Positions 1 through 10,494 are shown, numbered from the stretch's first letter. The stretch: 64,000 nucleotides of DNA from Rhodothermales bacterium (GCA_965223485.1 OZ244993.1:74958-138957); one strand, 5' to 3'. Made by a program: numbers and translations. The notes: generated by a model from the letters alone, not told the origin.

Positions 1-8
1 TCAAGGAT

Positions 9-1199
9 TTGCTCCGAGGAACGTACGGCTTCGACGGGGTGGTCTGCACCGATTGGGGCGTTACGCGCGATTATACGGCCGTGGATGGATTCGGCGCCGC
101 ACCCTGGGGTGTGGAAGGGCTGTCCGAAGCCGAACGGCATTACAAGGCCCTGATGGCAGGTATCGATCAATTCGGCGGCAACAACGATTCTGGCCCGGTT
201 ATCGAAGCCTACAAGATGGGCGTGCAGGAACACGGCGAAGCATTCATGCGAGCGCGTTTCGAGGCATCCGCCGTTCGTCTGCTGAAAAACATCTTCCGCA
301 CCGGCCTGTTCGAAAACCCCTACCTGGACATCGAGCAGACCGCCGCCACGGTGGGCAACGCCACGCACACGGCCGCCGGGTACGGAGCGCAACGCAAGTC
401 CCTGGTGCTCCTGAAGAATCAGGACAATGTCTTGCCGTTAAAACAAAACGCAACGATATACATCCCCCAGCGCTATGTGCCGGAACGCCGAAGCCGTTTC
501 GGCGGCGGGGTCACACCCGCTCGATACGAGGATCCGCTTAACCTGGAGATCGCGAACAAGTATTTCGACGTGACGGACGATCCGGATGCGGCGGAGGCAG
601 CCCTCATCGTCATCAACAGTCCCGCCTCTACCGGAGGGTATGACAAGGCCGACGTAGAGGCAGGCGGCAACGGGTACGTTCCTGTCAGTCTCCGGTACGA
701 AACCTACACGGCTACGCACGCCCGCGCCACGAGCCTCGCCGGCGGGGATCCGCTGGAAACCTTCACGAACCGTTCGTACCTGGGCAAGACGGTCACGCCC
801 TCGAATACGACGGATCTGCAAGCGGTCCTCGAGGCCCGCGAAAAAATGAACGGGAAACCCGTCATCGTAGTGCTCAACCTGTCGACCCCGACCGTGGCGT
901 CGGAATTCGAACCGAGCGCGAACGCGATCCTCGTCAGCTTCGGCGTACAGGATCAGGCGATCCTCGACATCCTGACCGGTACGGCCGAGCCTTCGGGCCT
1001 GCTGCCTTTGCAGATGCCTGCGAACATGCAAACCGTCGAGGAACAGCACGAGGACACACCGCACGACATGCAACCCTACGTCGATGCCCAGGGCAACGCC
1101 TACGACTTCGCCCTCGGGCTTAACTGGAGTGGCATCATTGAAGACGCCCGGACACTAAGGTACAGGAAGCAGCGGTCAGTGAGCGAATCCAATCCATAA
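9..1199 (+). CDS. Glycoside hydrolase family 3 (beta-glucosidase-like), C-terminal part; gene starts before the window
   Basis: GH3 nucleophile context GFDGVVCTDWG, then AGIDQFGG, SLVLLKNQDNVLPL and C-terminal GLLPLQMP motifs. Confidence 0.85.
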   Translation: MLRGTYGFDGVVCTDWGVTRDYTAVDGFGAAPWGVEGLSEAERHYKALMAGIDQFGGNNDSGPVIEAYKMGVQEHGEAFMRARFEASAVRLLKNIFRTGLFENPYLDIEQTAATVGNATHTAAGYGAQRKSLVLLKNQDNVLPLKQNATIYIPQRYVPERRSRFGGGVTPARYEDPLNLEIANKYFDVTDDPDAAEAALIVINSPASTGGYDKADVEAGGNGYVPVSLRYETYTATHARATSLAGGDPLETFTNRSYLGKTVTPSNTTDLQAVLEAREKMNGKPVIVVLNLSTPTVASEFEPSANAILVSFGVQDQAILDILTGTAEPSGLLPLQMPANMQTVEEQHEDTPHDMQPYVDAQGNAYDFALGLNWSGIIEDARTLRYRKQRSVSESNP

Positions 1200-1312
1200 G
1201 CCTGTATGAATCCGTAAGGCATGGACCTACTCGTTTCTATCCGTATTCCAACCGTGAAGGCAACGGTTTTGACGAAGCGGCTTCCACGACCAACCCGGTG
1301 AGAGTATTCCAG

Positions 1313-2350
1313 ATGAACAAGAGATCGTACGGGGTATGGTTCTGCCTCGTCTTGTGGGGTCTGTGCCCGCTCCTCGCAGCAGCTCAGATCACGGACCCGC
1401 TCTATCTTGAGAACGGCTTGCTCACCGGTATGTCCGGTTCCGATCCGGCCGTCCAGGTGTACAAAGGAATCCCCTATGCAGCGCCGCCCGTCGGCGCCCT
1501 GCGCTGGCATGCTCCACAACCGTCTTCTCCATGGGAGGGCGTTCGGAAGGCAGACACGTTCGCCCCCGGCTGCATCCAACACGTAGCAGGATCACGGCCA
1601 CCATGGACCGAAGAGCTCATGCACCAGGACAGCATTAGCGAGGACTGCCTGTATCTCAACGTCTGGACGGCAGCGAATGATGCCGGCGAACGACGCCCCG
1701 TTCTGGTCTATATCCACGGCGGCGGCTTCAGCGAAGGATCCGGTTCGGTAGCGGCCTACGATGGGGAGGAGTTGGCGAAGAAGGGGCTGGTGGTAGTAAC
1801 CATCAACTACCGGCTGGGGGCGCTCGGCTTTCTGGCCCATCCGGAATTGACAGCCGAGTCCGGCGACAATGCTTCGGGCAACTTCGGCCTGCTCGACCAG
1901 GTAGCCGCCCTCCAGTGGGTGAAACAGAACATTGCGGCCTTTGGCGGCGATCCGAACAACGTCACGATCGCCGGACAATCGGCCGGGGCTATTGCGGTGT
2001 ACCTGCTCACGGTCGCTCCGCCTGCCAGAAGCCTCTTCGAACGGGGCATACCCTGGCCGGAGCGTCCGGAGTTCGGCGCGTTTCACACAGCCGAGGTACC
2101 GTACTTCTTTAACAACCTCCGGATGCTGGACCGGCCCTGGGAACCCCTGGACCGGCAACTCGCCGACATGATGTCGTCGTACTGGGCTAATTTCGCAACC
2201 GGCGGCAATCCGAACGGGGCAGGATTACCAGAGTGGCCGGCTTATGACGGTCAAGACGTCCGATTCATGCGTTTCGGCGAACGGGTGGCGCCCGGCCCCA
2301 TCGCGGACCCGCCCGTGCAAGAGTTCTTCAAGGCGTTTTTGGCGGAATAG
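1313..2350 (+). CDS. Type-B carboxylesterase with an apparent in-frame internal deletion (possibly inactive)
   Basis: Signal peptide; KGIPYAAPPVG, SEDCLYLNVW, IHGGGF, INYRLG, GQSAG nucleophile, FHTAE His motif. LFERGI runs directly into PWPERPEFGAFH, so the central cap region is missing. Confidence 0.85.
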   Translation: MNKRSYGVWFCLVLWGLCPLLAAAQITDPLYLENGLLTGMSGSDPAVQVYKGIPYAAPPVGALRWHAPQPSSPWEGVRKADTFAPGCIQHVAGSRPPWTEELMHQDSISEDCLYLNVWTAANDAGERRPVLVYIHGGGFSEGSGSVAAYDGEELAKKGLVVVTINYRLGALGFLAHPELTAESGDNASGNFGLLDQVAALQWVKQNIAAFGGDPNNVTIAGQSAGAIAVYLLTVAPPARSLFERGIPWPERPEFGAFHTAEVPYFFNNLRMLDRPWEPLDRQLADMMSSYWANFATGGNPNGAGLPEWPAYDGQDVRFMRFGERVAPGPIADPPVQEFFKAFLAE

Positions 2351-2462
2351 GGCATGATTGTCGTAACGACGTAGCGTATCCCGCCGCCCCTCGACATCTC
2401 GATATAATTCCCTATAATTCCCTTCCAAAAACTGCGCAATAAACAACTCTTCCGATATCTCC

Positions 2463-4172
2463 ATGACGAAATCTCTTTGGGACGAATACCTCGCGGCGGC
2501 GCAAGAGAAATACGAAACGATCAAGCGGGAAGAAAACTACAAGTTCAATCTTGCGGCGGCGTTAGCGAAAGCCCGCACGGCGTTGTTGCGCGATGAACCG
2601 GATTGGCCGGACCTGGCGACGGGGGCGGTCAGGCACAAGCACAACAATCTTATACACTGGATGAACCAAGGGAAGGTAGTGCGGTGTATCGCCAGCAACC
2701 CGGACGAGGTGCGGGATGCGCTTCGGGAAATGTGGTCCGAAGACGACCGAACGCCCGGCGACCGCATTCGCGCATTCGACGACAGACTATCCGAAAGCAT
2801 GCTGGATATTCCGCCGAGCGCGGTGGGCTCGCGCCTCACGATCGCGTCGTATTTCATGATGGGGCTCGACGCGCAACGGTATCCGCCGTACCAGAAAAGA
2901 AAGTTTCAATCCACATATAAACAACTGGACTATCCGCAATCCTCCGCCGACGATGCGGGCGAGGAGTACGAGCACGCCCTAAGCTTCCTGGACCGCATGC
3001 TCGAAGAAGCGCGGAGGCGGGACATGGACAAACCCGCTACCCGGATGGACGCGCAATCCGTCGTCTTCTGGCTGGTTAATCCACCTCCTCCACCCCCCAA
3101 TGGTACCCCAGTTGAACCCCCGCACCCCCTGAACACGATCCTCTACGGCCCGCCCGGCACCGGAAAGACCTGGCACACCGTCACCCGGGCCGTGGCGATC
3201 ATCGAAAACCTGGAAACGGACGAGGTAGCGCGGGAGAACCGCAGCGACGTGAAAGAAAGGTACGACATATATTCGGACGCCGAACAGATCGAAATGGTGA
3301 CGTTTACCCAGAACACCACCTACGAAGATTTCGTCGAAGGCATCCGGCCCGTCCTGTCGAATGGCGCAAGCGCCGACGGGCAATCTTCGCCCGAACACAG
3401 CGAGTCCGGAGACATCCGATATGAGCTTTCCCAAGGCGTATTCCGGGGCATCGCGGAGCGCGCGGAGAAGAACCCGAACCGGCCTTATGTGCTCGTCATC
3501 GACGAAATCAACCGCGGCAACATAGCCCGGATCTTCGGCGAACTGATCACACTGGTCGAGGACTCGAAGCGGATCGGGAAGCCCGACGAAGCCCGGGTGA
3601 GGCTACCCGGCTCGAAGACGGATTTTGGCGTGCCGTCGAACTTGTATCTCATCGGGACCATGAACACCGCCGACCGCTCCATCGCGCTGATGGATACTGC
3701 GCTACGGAGGCGGTTCGCGTTCGAGGAGATGATGCCGGACCCGTCTCATGATGGCGTCAACAAGGACATCGACGGCATCGACTGCGGCAAGGTCCTTGAC
3801 GCCATAAATGGACGCATCGCCGTGCTGCTGGACCGGGAGCATCAAATCGGACACACCTATTTCCTCGGCATCGACTCGATGGCAGCGCTTGCCGAGACGT
3901 TTCGGCGCCGCATCATGCCGCTACTCCAGGAGTACTTCTACGACGACTGGGAAAAAATCCGGGCGGTTCTGAACAACAACGAGTTCGTCGTGAGCCGGGA
4001 TCTGCCTGACGAGCTGGTCCGACGGGATCTGGTCGAATCCACCCGGAGAGTATACGATCTGCTGCCTGCCGACCACAAAAAGTGGACCGATCCGGCGGCG
4101 TACCGAGTTATCTACGAAACGCCCACAGCGGCGGCGGAAACGGACGACGACAGTGAATCGCAGCGCGACTGA
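2463..4172 (+). CDS. mcrB: McrB-family AAA+ GTPase of a type IV restriction system
   Basis: Walker A GPPGTGKT, Walker B LVIDEINRGN, McrB signature MNTADRS, ALRRRFAF, IGHTYF, PLLQEYFY; N-terminal ~205 aa domain separated by a poly-Pro linker. Confidence 0.93.
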   Translation: MTKSLWDEYLAAAQEKYETIKREENYKFNLAAALAKARTALLRDEPDWPDLATGAVRHKHNNLIHWMNQGKVVRCIASNPDEVRDALREMWSEDDRTPGDRIRAFDDRLSESMLDIPPSAVGSRLTIASYFMMGLDAQRYPPYQKRKFQSTYKQLDYPQSSADDAGEEYEHALSFLDRMLEEARRRDMDKPATRMDAQSVVFWLVNPPPPPPNGTPVEPPHPLNTILYGPPGTGKTWHTVTRAVAIIENLETDEVARENRSDVKERYDIYSDAEQIEMVTFTQNTTYEDFVEGIRPVLSNGASADGQSSPEHSESGDIRYELSQGVFRGIAERAEKNPNRPYVLVIDEINRGNIARIFGELITLVEDSKRIGKPDEARVRLPGSKTDFGVPSNLYLIGTMNTADRSIALMDTALRRRFAFEEMMPDPSHDGVNKDIDGIDCGKVLDAINGRIAVLLDREHQIGHTYFLGIDSMAALAETFRRRIMPLLQEYFYDDWEKIRAVLNNNEFVVSRDLPDELVRRDLVESTRRVYDLLPADHKKWTDPAAYRVIYETPTAAAETDDDSESQRD

Positions 4173-4173
4173 C

Positions 4174-5448
4174 ATGCCGGCCTTGAGCACAACCAACCGG
4201 CGCAACCCGAACGCACATACGCTGGTCGTTCGAGAGTACGATCCGCTAACCGGCCTGCAGGAGGACGAACAACGCGATCTCGAACGATTCGAGCTCGACG
4301 AAGGGAGACACGGGCGGTCCGCGCTCACGCTCCGGAACGGTCTCCTCTACGCGCAGAACTACGTCGGGGTTATTGAAACGCGCCGGGGAACCGTGATCGA
4401 AATCCTGCCGAAGATCGATCTTTCGGACAGCGGCGTCGATAACACCCGGAAGGTCTTTCTGACCATGCTCCGGGATTGGCGGCGCCTCAGGGAAGCGCAA
4501 CGGGGAGCCGCCGGCATCCGCGCAATCCACCGCTTCGACATGTTCGAGGCATTCGTCCATACTTTCCTGACGAGCGTTATCCTGCTCACCCGGCGCGGCC
4601 TGGCCCGGACGTACCGAACGCAAGAAGCGAATCTCCCCTGCCTGCGCGGACGGATCCTGTTCCCGGCGCATATCCGCCAAAATCTGGTCGACCGCTCCCG
4701 GTTCTACGTCGGCTACGACGAGTTCACTGCGGATCGCCCCGCGAACCGCCTGATCCGCCTCGCATTGCAACGCCTCGCGCAGAGCGTCCGGCATCCCGCG
4801 AATCGGCAGCGGCTCCATCAATTGCGCATCGCCTTCTCCAGTGTACCCCTGTCCACGAACCTGAACGACGACTGGGCGCACCATCAAGTGGACCGTTCGA
4901 TGCGACAGTACGACGCCGTGATGCCATGGGTCGGGTTGTTCCTGTTCGGGTACGGTCTCGCCACGTTCGCCGGCCCGCACGTGAACCGGGCGTTGCTATT
5001 TCCCATGGAGCAAGTGTTCGAGGACTTCGTTACCGCTTCCGTCCGCCGACGCCAGCGGCGCTTCGCGGTGAGCGCCCAAGAGGGACAGCGACATCTGGCG
5101 ACGGACGACGACCATAAGCCTGCGTTTCGTCTAAAGCCGGATATCGTCCTGCGGGAAGGCAAGCATATCCGATTCGTCCTGGACGCCAAGTGGAAACGCA
5201 TCGACCCCGGCAAGCCAAACCACGGCGTCACTCAGGCCGACGCATACCAGCTCTTCGCTTACGGAAAGAAATACGGCTGCCGGCGCGTCGTCCTGGTCTA
5301 TCCAAAAACGACCGGGTTTAGCCAAACGCTCCGTTTCCGATTCGACGAAAATTCCGACCTGGAGTTGGCCTGCTTTCCGTTCGACGTGGCCGATCCGGCG
5401 GGAACCATTGAGAAGATGATGCAGGAACTGCTGCGCCGATCGCAGTAG
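4174..5448 (+). CDS. mcrC: McrC-family restriction endonuclease subunit
   Basis: NYVGVI and IEILPK N-terminal motifs; PD-(D/E)xK core LKPDIVL...VLDAKWK; ADAYQLFAY; starts 1 bp after the mcrB stop. Confidence 0.92.
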   Translation: MPALSTTNRRNPNAHTLVVREYDPLTGLQEDEQRDLERFELDEGRHGRSALTLRNGLLYAQNYVGVIETRRGTVIEILPKIDLSDSGVDNTRKVFLTMLRDWRRLREAQRGAAGIRAIHRFDMFEAFVHTFLTSVILLTRRGLARTYRTQEANLPCLRGRILFPAHIRQNLVDRSRFYVGYDEFTADRPANRLIRLALQRLAQSVRHPANRQRLHQLRIAFSSVPLSTNLNDDWAHHQVDRSMRQYDAVMPWVGLFLFGYGLATFAGPHVNRALLFPMEQVFEDFVTASVRRRQRRFAVSAQEGQRHLATDDDHKPAFRLKPDIVLREGKHIRFVLDAKWKRIDPGKPNHGVTQADAYQLFAYGKKYGCRRVVLVYPKTTGFSQTLRFRFDENSDLELACFPFDVADPAGTIEKMMQELLRRSQ

Positions 5449-5559
5449 CCTGGCTCCCGCACGCCGCTGTACGGGGGTATAAACAGACGCAGAATACGTA
5501 ATTGACAAATCTGGAGGAATAGCCGACTCCCGCGCAAGGGAACGCCGGAATGCAAGAGA

Positions 5560-5635
5560 TGGAGCCAACGACCGGACTTGAACCGGTGACCTGCTCATTA
5601 CGAGTGAGCTGCTCTACCAACTGAGCTACGTTGGC
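5560..5635 (-). tRNA. tRNA-Thr(CGT)
   Basis: Minus strand reads GCCAACGTAGCTCAGTTGGTAGAGCAGCTCACTCGTAATGAGCAGGTCACCGGTTCAAGTCCGGTCGTTGGCTCCA: 76 nt, D-loop, anticodon CGT, GTTCAA T-loop, encoded CCA. Confidence 0.97.
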
Positions 5636-5831
5636 CGGTACATGCGTCGCTTGCGACGAAGCGCCCCTCTCACGCATGACCTTTCGACTTGATCCCGGCA
5701 TGATTCATAGTACCGGACTGCCCTGAACATCTTCCGGGAAGCACGCCGGTCCACATGAAACGCAATGTATTTCCAGGCGTTTGCGTGTACCTTGCGCATG
5801 CCTCGCCGTGTATCCCTGCATCTCATCGGAC

Positions 5832-7202
5832 GTGTCCCTGTCCCCTTCCATAACAGATTGGAGTCCCGCGTCCTGGCGAGAGCGGCCTGCGATGCAGCAA
5901 CCCACGTACCGCGATCAGGCCGAATTGTCCGAAGCGCTGGCGAAGTTACATGCTTTGCCCCCGCTCGTGACATCCTGGGAAATCCATGTGCTCAAGAAAC
6001 AGATTGCCGAAGCGACGCAAGGGCAGCGTTTTATCCTGCAGGGCGGCGAATGCGCGGAACACTTCGACGAATGCAGCGCGCAGATTATCGCCAATCGTCT
6101 GAAGGTGCTTCTTCAGATGAGCCTCGTACTGATCTTCGGGATCCGGACACGCGTCGTGCGGATAGGCCGCTTTGCAGGCCAGCATGCCAAACCCCGCTCT
6201 TCCGATAGCGAAACCCGCGATGGAATAACGCTCCCGAGCTACCGGGGCGATATCGTCAACAGTGCAGATTTCACGCCCGAGGCGCGCGAGCCGGATCCCA
6301 AGCGGATGCTACGCGCCCATGCGCATTCCGCGATGACGCTGAATCTCGTCCGTGCGCTCATCAATACGGGCTTTGCGGATCTCCACCATCCGGAATACTG
6401 GAACCTCGATTTCATCCACCGTACGCCGCTGGAAAACGAATACCGGCAGATCCTCGAATCCATTCGCGAGACGGTTTCGTTCATTGAAACCGTCTCGGGC
6501 AACCCGCTTCACAGCCTGGAACGCACCCAGTTCTTCACCAGCCATGAAGCATTGCACCTGCCCTACGAAGAAGCCTTCACGCGCAACGTGCCGCACAATG
6601 AAGGCATATTCAATCTGGCAACCCACTTCCCGTGGATCGGCGCCAGAACTGCTGACTGCGAGGGAGCCCACATCGAATATGCGCGCGGCCTCGTCAATCC
6701 GATCGGCGTGAAAGTAGGACCCTTCATGTCGCCGGAGGATCTGGTGCGCATCGTACGAATCCTGAACCCCGAAAACGACCCCGGTCGACTCGTACTTATT
6801 CATCGTCTGGGCGCCGGCTGCATCGCCGATCTCCTGCCCCCCCTGATCCGGGCCGTGCAGGTTTCGGGCACGCCTGTGTTGTGGATGAGCGATCCCATGC
6901 ACGGAAATACTGAATTGACGGGTGCAGGCATCAAGACCCGGCGCTTCGAAAACATCCTGGACGAACTTGAACAGGCATTTGACATTCATGCTGCGGAGGG
7001 ATCGCATCTCGGCGGCGTGCATTTCGAACTCGCGGGAGAAGACGTTACCGAATGCACAGGCGGCGCAAGCGGCCTGGAGGACACCGATCTGGTACGCGCC
7101 TACAAATCGCAAGTCGACCCGCGGCTGAATTACGAACAAGCACTGGAAATGGCTTTTCTTATCGTGAGAAAGAAAAATCGCATGGAAAACAAATCGGCTT
7201 AA
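5832..7202 (+). CDS. Class II DAHP synthase (3-deoxy-7-phosphoheptulonate synthase)
   Basis: WSPASWR start, LQGGECAE, RIGRFAGQHAKPRS, SYRGDIVN, SHEALHLPYE, WIGART, DPMHGNT, DPRLN; GTG start at 5832 inferred. Confidence 0.95.
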   Translation: MSLSPSITDWSPASWRERPAMQQPTYRDQAELSEALAKLHALPPLVTSWEIHVLKKQIAEATQGQRFILQGGECAEHFDECSAQIIANRLKVLLQMSLVLIFGIRTRVVRIGRFAGQHAKPRSSDSETRDGITLPSYRGDIVNSADFTPEAREPDPKRMLRAHAHSAMTLNLVRALINTGFADLHHPEYWNLDFIHRTPLENEYRQILESIRETVSFIETVSGNPLHSLERTQFFTSHEALHLPYEEAFTRNVPHNEGIFNLATHFPWIGARTADCEGAHIEYARGLVNPIGVKVGPFMSPEDLVRIVRILNPENDPGRLVLIHRLGAGCIADLLPPLIRAVQVSGTPVLWMSDPMHGNTELTGAGIKTRRFENILDELEQAFDIHAAEGSHLGGVHFELAGEDVTECTGGASGLEDTDLVRAYKSQVDPRLNYEQALEMAFLIVRKKNRMENKSA

Positions 7203-9466
7203 TGATCGCGCGCCTGCCACGGAACGCTTGCATTCTTCTCGGGCTTATCGGGCTCGCGCTATTGTTCATGCCGAACCGCGTCCATGCGCAGCAGTATGCC
7301 GCCGTGCGCGGGTTCGTAACCTCCCTGGAAGACGGACAACCACTCCAGGGAGTACACGTTATCCTTACACAGGACGACACCATTCTCGGCGCCGTAACCG
7401 ATCCCGACGGGATATACCTGATTGGCCGCGTTCCGGAAGGGCGGTACATACTCCGGGCCACATTTATCGGGTTCGAGACCTTTGCGGACACCCTCGACCT
7501 TGCAGCGGGCGACTCAAGGCACCTCGACATTGCACTGGCCGAGCAACAAGCCGCAATAGGTGAAGTCATCGTCGAGGCCGAACGGGAAACCGGCGCTGCC
7601 CACGTGACCGCAGGCCAGCAACGAGTGCTCCCGCAAGACATCGAGTTGATCCCCTCGCCCAGCGTTTCCGGTGATCTCGTCAACTACCTTGCCGCCCAGC
7701 CCGGCGTGGTATCCATGGGAGATCGTGGAGGGCAGGTCTTCATCCGAGGCGGAGAACCCTCCCAGAACCTTACGCTGCTCGACGGCATGCATATCTACCA
7801 GCCATTCCACCTGCTGGGGTTCTATTCGGCGTTCCCGTCGGACATCATCAATAACGCGGACATCTACGCAGGCGGATTCGGCGCCCAATTTTCGGGACGC
7901 CTCTCCTCTGTTATCGATGTGCAAACACGCAACGGCAACAAACGGCAATACGAAGCAGGCGTCGCGCTGACGCCCTTCGTAAATTCGGCCCGTCTGGAGG
8001 GACCGCTGGTGGGAAATATTTCATTCCTCGGATCGGCCCGCATCTCGACCCTCGAAGAAGTGGCGTCCCTCTATGTGGCGGACGACCTGTCCTACCGGTT
8101 CGGCGACCTGTTCGGCAAGATGCACATCCCGATCGCGCGGAATCACCAGACTTCCGTTTCGGCGGTGCATACGTTCGACCGGGGCACATTGGCGGAGCCG
8201 ACGCTCTTCAGCTCCAATAATGAGATTCGCTGGAAAAACACCGCGCTCGGCCTACGGCATCTCGTGCTCCCCAGGGCGCTTCCCATCCTCGGCGAAGCCC
8301 TGTTTTCCTGGTCCCGTCTCCAAACAGAGTACGGGCCGCGCGACGAGCCGTCCCGAACCACCGACATAGACAACTACAATCTTGAAGTCAATTTTACCAA
8401 CTTCGGGCAAAGCGTTGAAGTGGGATGGGGGTTCTTCGCGCGCAATGTCGAACTCACTGCAAACCTCGGAGGGACCTACCAGAACATCGTGGACAACTTC
8501 GTCCGCTCGACCAACGCAGGCGGGTGGGTGGAACCGGAATTCGACCTTGGCAACGGCCTCCGGCTGCGGATCGGCGCAGTCGGGCAGTTCTTCGGCAATT
8601 CAGGCTTTTTCGTGGAGCCGCGCATGCGAGGCGTCTATGAACGGGGCATCCATCAGTGGAGTATGGCCGGCGGCATGTACCGGCAAAACATCATTGGGCT
8701 AAGCGATCGGCGCGACGCCGCCAGTATCTTTACAGCCTACGCAGAGGCGCCGACCGGAGAGGTTCCAACCGCCCTGCATGGCATTGCCGGGTATAGGATC
8801 ACGCTCTCTTCGTCCCTCGAACTCTCGACGGAAGCGTTCTACAAGAATCTCCGTAACCTGTTTATTGCGGAATGGACGTCCTTTCCCCGTTTCACGACAC
8901 GACTTCAGCCGGCGGACGGTACGGTCCGCGGCCTGGACCTCCGCGTAGAGTTCCATCGTCCGAATTTCTACGCCTACCTCAACTACGGCTACTCCTCGAC
9001 CCGGTACAATGCTATGCAGGAATCGCTGCCTGTATGGTTCGGCACGGATCGGCTCGCCTTCCGTCCGCCGCACGACCGGCGCCACCAGCTCAACCTGATC
9101 CTGAGCGGGTCCGCGTACGGATTCGACATGAGCGCCCGCTGGAATATCGGATCGGGCCTTCCCTATACCCAGGTGCGCGGTTTCGACGGATTCATCCTGA
9201 TGGATGGCGTGGTGGATGTGGAAGGGATCCAGGGCTTCCCGCGCGTGATCTACGATCGGCCCTACAAGGGTATTCTCCCCACATACCACCGGCTCGACGT
9301 AACGATCGGGCGGCAGATGTCCACGCGCGCGGCGGACATCACCGTGCAGATCGGCGCCATCAACACCTACAATCGGCCCAATCTTTTTGCTCTGGACGTA
9401 TTTACCCTGCAGCGAACCGACCAGCTCCCCTTCGTTCCCACTGTGGGCATCGAGATCGAATTCTGA
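7202..9466 (+). CDS. TonB-dependent outer membrane receptor
   Basis: Signal peptide, carboxypeptidase-regulatory-like domain, plug (IRGGEPSQNLTLLDG), YHRLDV, C-terminal aromatic residue (IEIEF); ATG overlaps the upstream stop. Confidence 0.9.
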   Translation: MIARLPRNACILLGLIGLALLFMPNRVHAQQYAAVRGFVTSLEDGQPLQGVHVILTQDDTILGAVTDPDGIYLIGRVPEGRYILRATFIGFETFADTLDLAAGDSRHLDIALAEQQAAIGEVIVEAERETGAAHVTAGQQRVLPQDIELIPSPSVSGDLVNYLAAQPGVVSMGDRGGQVFIRGGEPSQNLTLLDGMHIYQPFHLLGFYSAFPSDIINNADIYAGGFGAQFSGRLSSVIDVQTRNGNKRQYEAGVALTPFVNSARLEGPLVGNISFLGSARISTLEEVASLYVADDLSYRFGDLFGKMHIPIARNHQTSVSAVHTFDRGTLAEPTLFSSNNEIRWKNTALGLRHLVLPRALPILGEALFSWSRLQTEYGPRDEPSRTTDIDNYNLEVNFTNFGQSVEVGWGFFARNVELTANLGGTYQNIVDNFVRSTNAGGWVEPEFDLGNGLRLRIGAVGQFFGNSGFFVEPRMRGVYERGIHQWSMAGGMYRQNIIGLSDRRDAASIFTAYAEAPTGEVPTALHGIAGYRITLSSSLELSTEAFYKNLRNLFIAEWTSFPRFTTRLQPADGTVRGLDLRVEFHRPNFYAYLNYGYSSTRYNAMQESLPVWFGTDRLAFRPPHDRRHQLNLILSGSAYGFDMSARWNIGSGLPYTQVRGFDGFILMDGVVDVEGIQGFPRVIYDRPYKGILPTYHRLDVTIGRQMSTRAADITVQIGAINTYNRPNLFALDVFTLQRTDQLPFVPTVGIEIEF

Positions 9467-9468
9467 TT

Positions 9469-10494
9469 ATGCGCCTTGCATCCCTGCGAAATACGACCCT
9501 GAGCATCCTTGTTGCCGCTGCCTTTCTTGCTTCCTGCGAAAGCGCCGTCAACCCGCTCATCGGCGAACCGCGCCCATTCACGATCTGGGGGCTTCTGGAC
9601 GCCGCGGCAGACACCCAGCGGGTGCGCATCTTTTCTATCGAAGGGGAACCCGGCATCGACCGGCCCGGCAACCTGGATGCCGCCGTAACGACTACGGACC
9701 TCGAAACCGGAGAAACGCTGGCCTGGACGCCCTACAAGATAACATACGATGACGGCGTTACAGCGCATCTCTTCGAGGCAGCGTTTCGCCCTGTGCATGG
9801 TCACCGCTACCGTCTTGACGTCACCCGGTCGGACGGCGCCGTATCCAGCGCCACGGTGAGGGTGCCGCCCGAGGTGGATTTCACCCTCGAACGCTCGGAC
9901 ACCAGTCCGAGGGTCTTTGCCTACGTACGAGGAGATCCGCTTCCCAACCTGCTGGGCGTCGAAATGCGGTACGAAGCCACCAACGTGCCCCCCGCCCAGA
10001 CCTGGCCCACCGACCTGAAACTCCATCCGGTCGTGAACTACCCCGTGGAAGTATCCTATCAGGGCACGGAGGATCGATTGAGGGACGGCGTACGATACGA
10101 CATCAACATGGCGCACGATTTCGTGATCGTAGAGGAGGCATACAAAAGCAAATGCCTGATAACCGATGGCAACCCCAACATCGCCCTGCGCCGCGTCGAG
10201 TTTCATTTTGTGGCGGCGAACGAAGAATGGAGTCCGCCGGGAGGCGTATTCGATCCTGAGGTGCTCATCGAACCCGGCGCCCTTTCCAATATTGAAAACG
10301 GATACGGCTTCTTCGGTGCAGGCGTGGTGGTCACCGAACGGTGGACCCCTCCGAAAAACCTGCGAGACTTTATTGGATTCAGTTCAGAGCAGGGATGCTC
10401 CCTGATACCGAGCGCTGGCAATCCGGCATGCACCTCTCCACCCGTTCCGTGCCTCGACGATGTCAGCGAAGATATCTGGAGCCTTTATTTTTGA
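9469..10494 (+). CDS. Lipoprotein partner of the TonB receptor (DUF4249-like)
   Basis: Lipobox FLASC; SNIENGYGFFGA motif; 2 bp after the receptor stop. Confidence 0.7.
   Translation: MRLASLRNTTLSILVAAAFLASCESAVNPLIGEPRPFTIWGLLDAAADTQRVRIFSIEGEPGIDRPGNLDAAVTTTDLETGETLAWTPYKITYDDGVTAHLFEAAFRPVHGHRYRLDVTRSDGAVSSATVRVPPEVDFTLERSDTSPRVFAYVRGDPLPNLLGVEMRYEATNVPPAQTWPTDLKLHPVVNYPVEVSYQGTEDRLRDGVRYDINMAHDFVIVEEAYKSKCLITDGNPNIALRRVEFHFVAANEEWSPPGGVFDPEVLIEPGALSNIENGYGFFGAGVVVTERWTPPKNLRDFIGFSSEQGCSLIPSAGNPACTSPPVPCLDDVSEDIWSLYF

Noticed and set aside
2350-5560. att duplication of the tRNA-Thr 3' end bounding mcrBC
   Set aside because: No direct repeat of the tRNA end was found left of mcrB; only a 7-bp inverted match at 5451, which is not significant.
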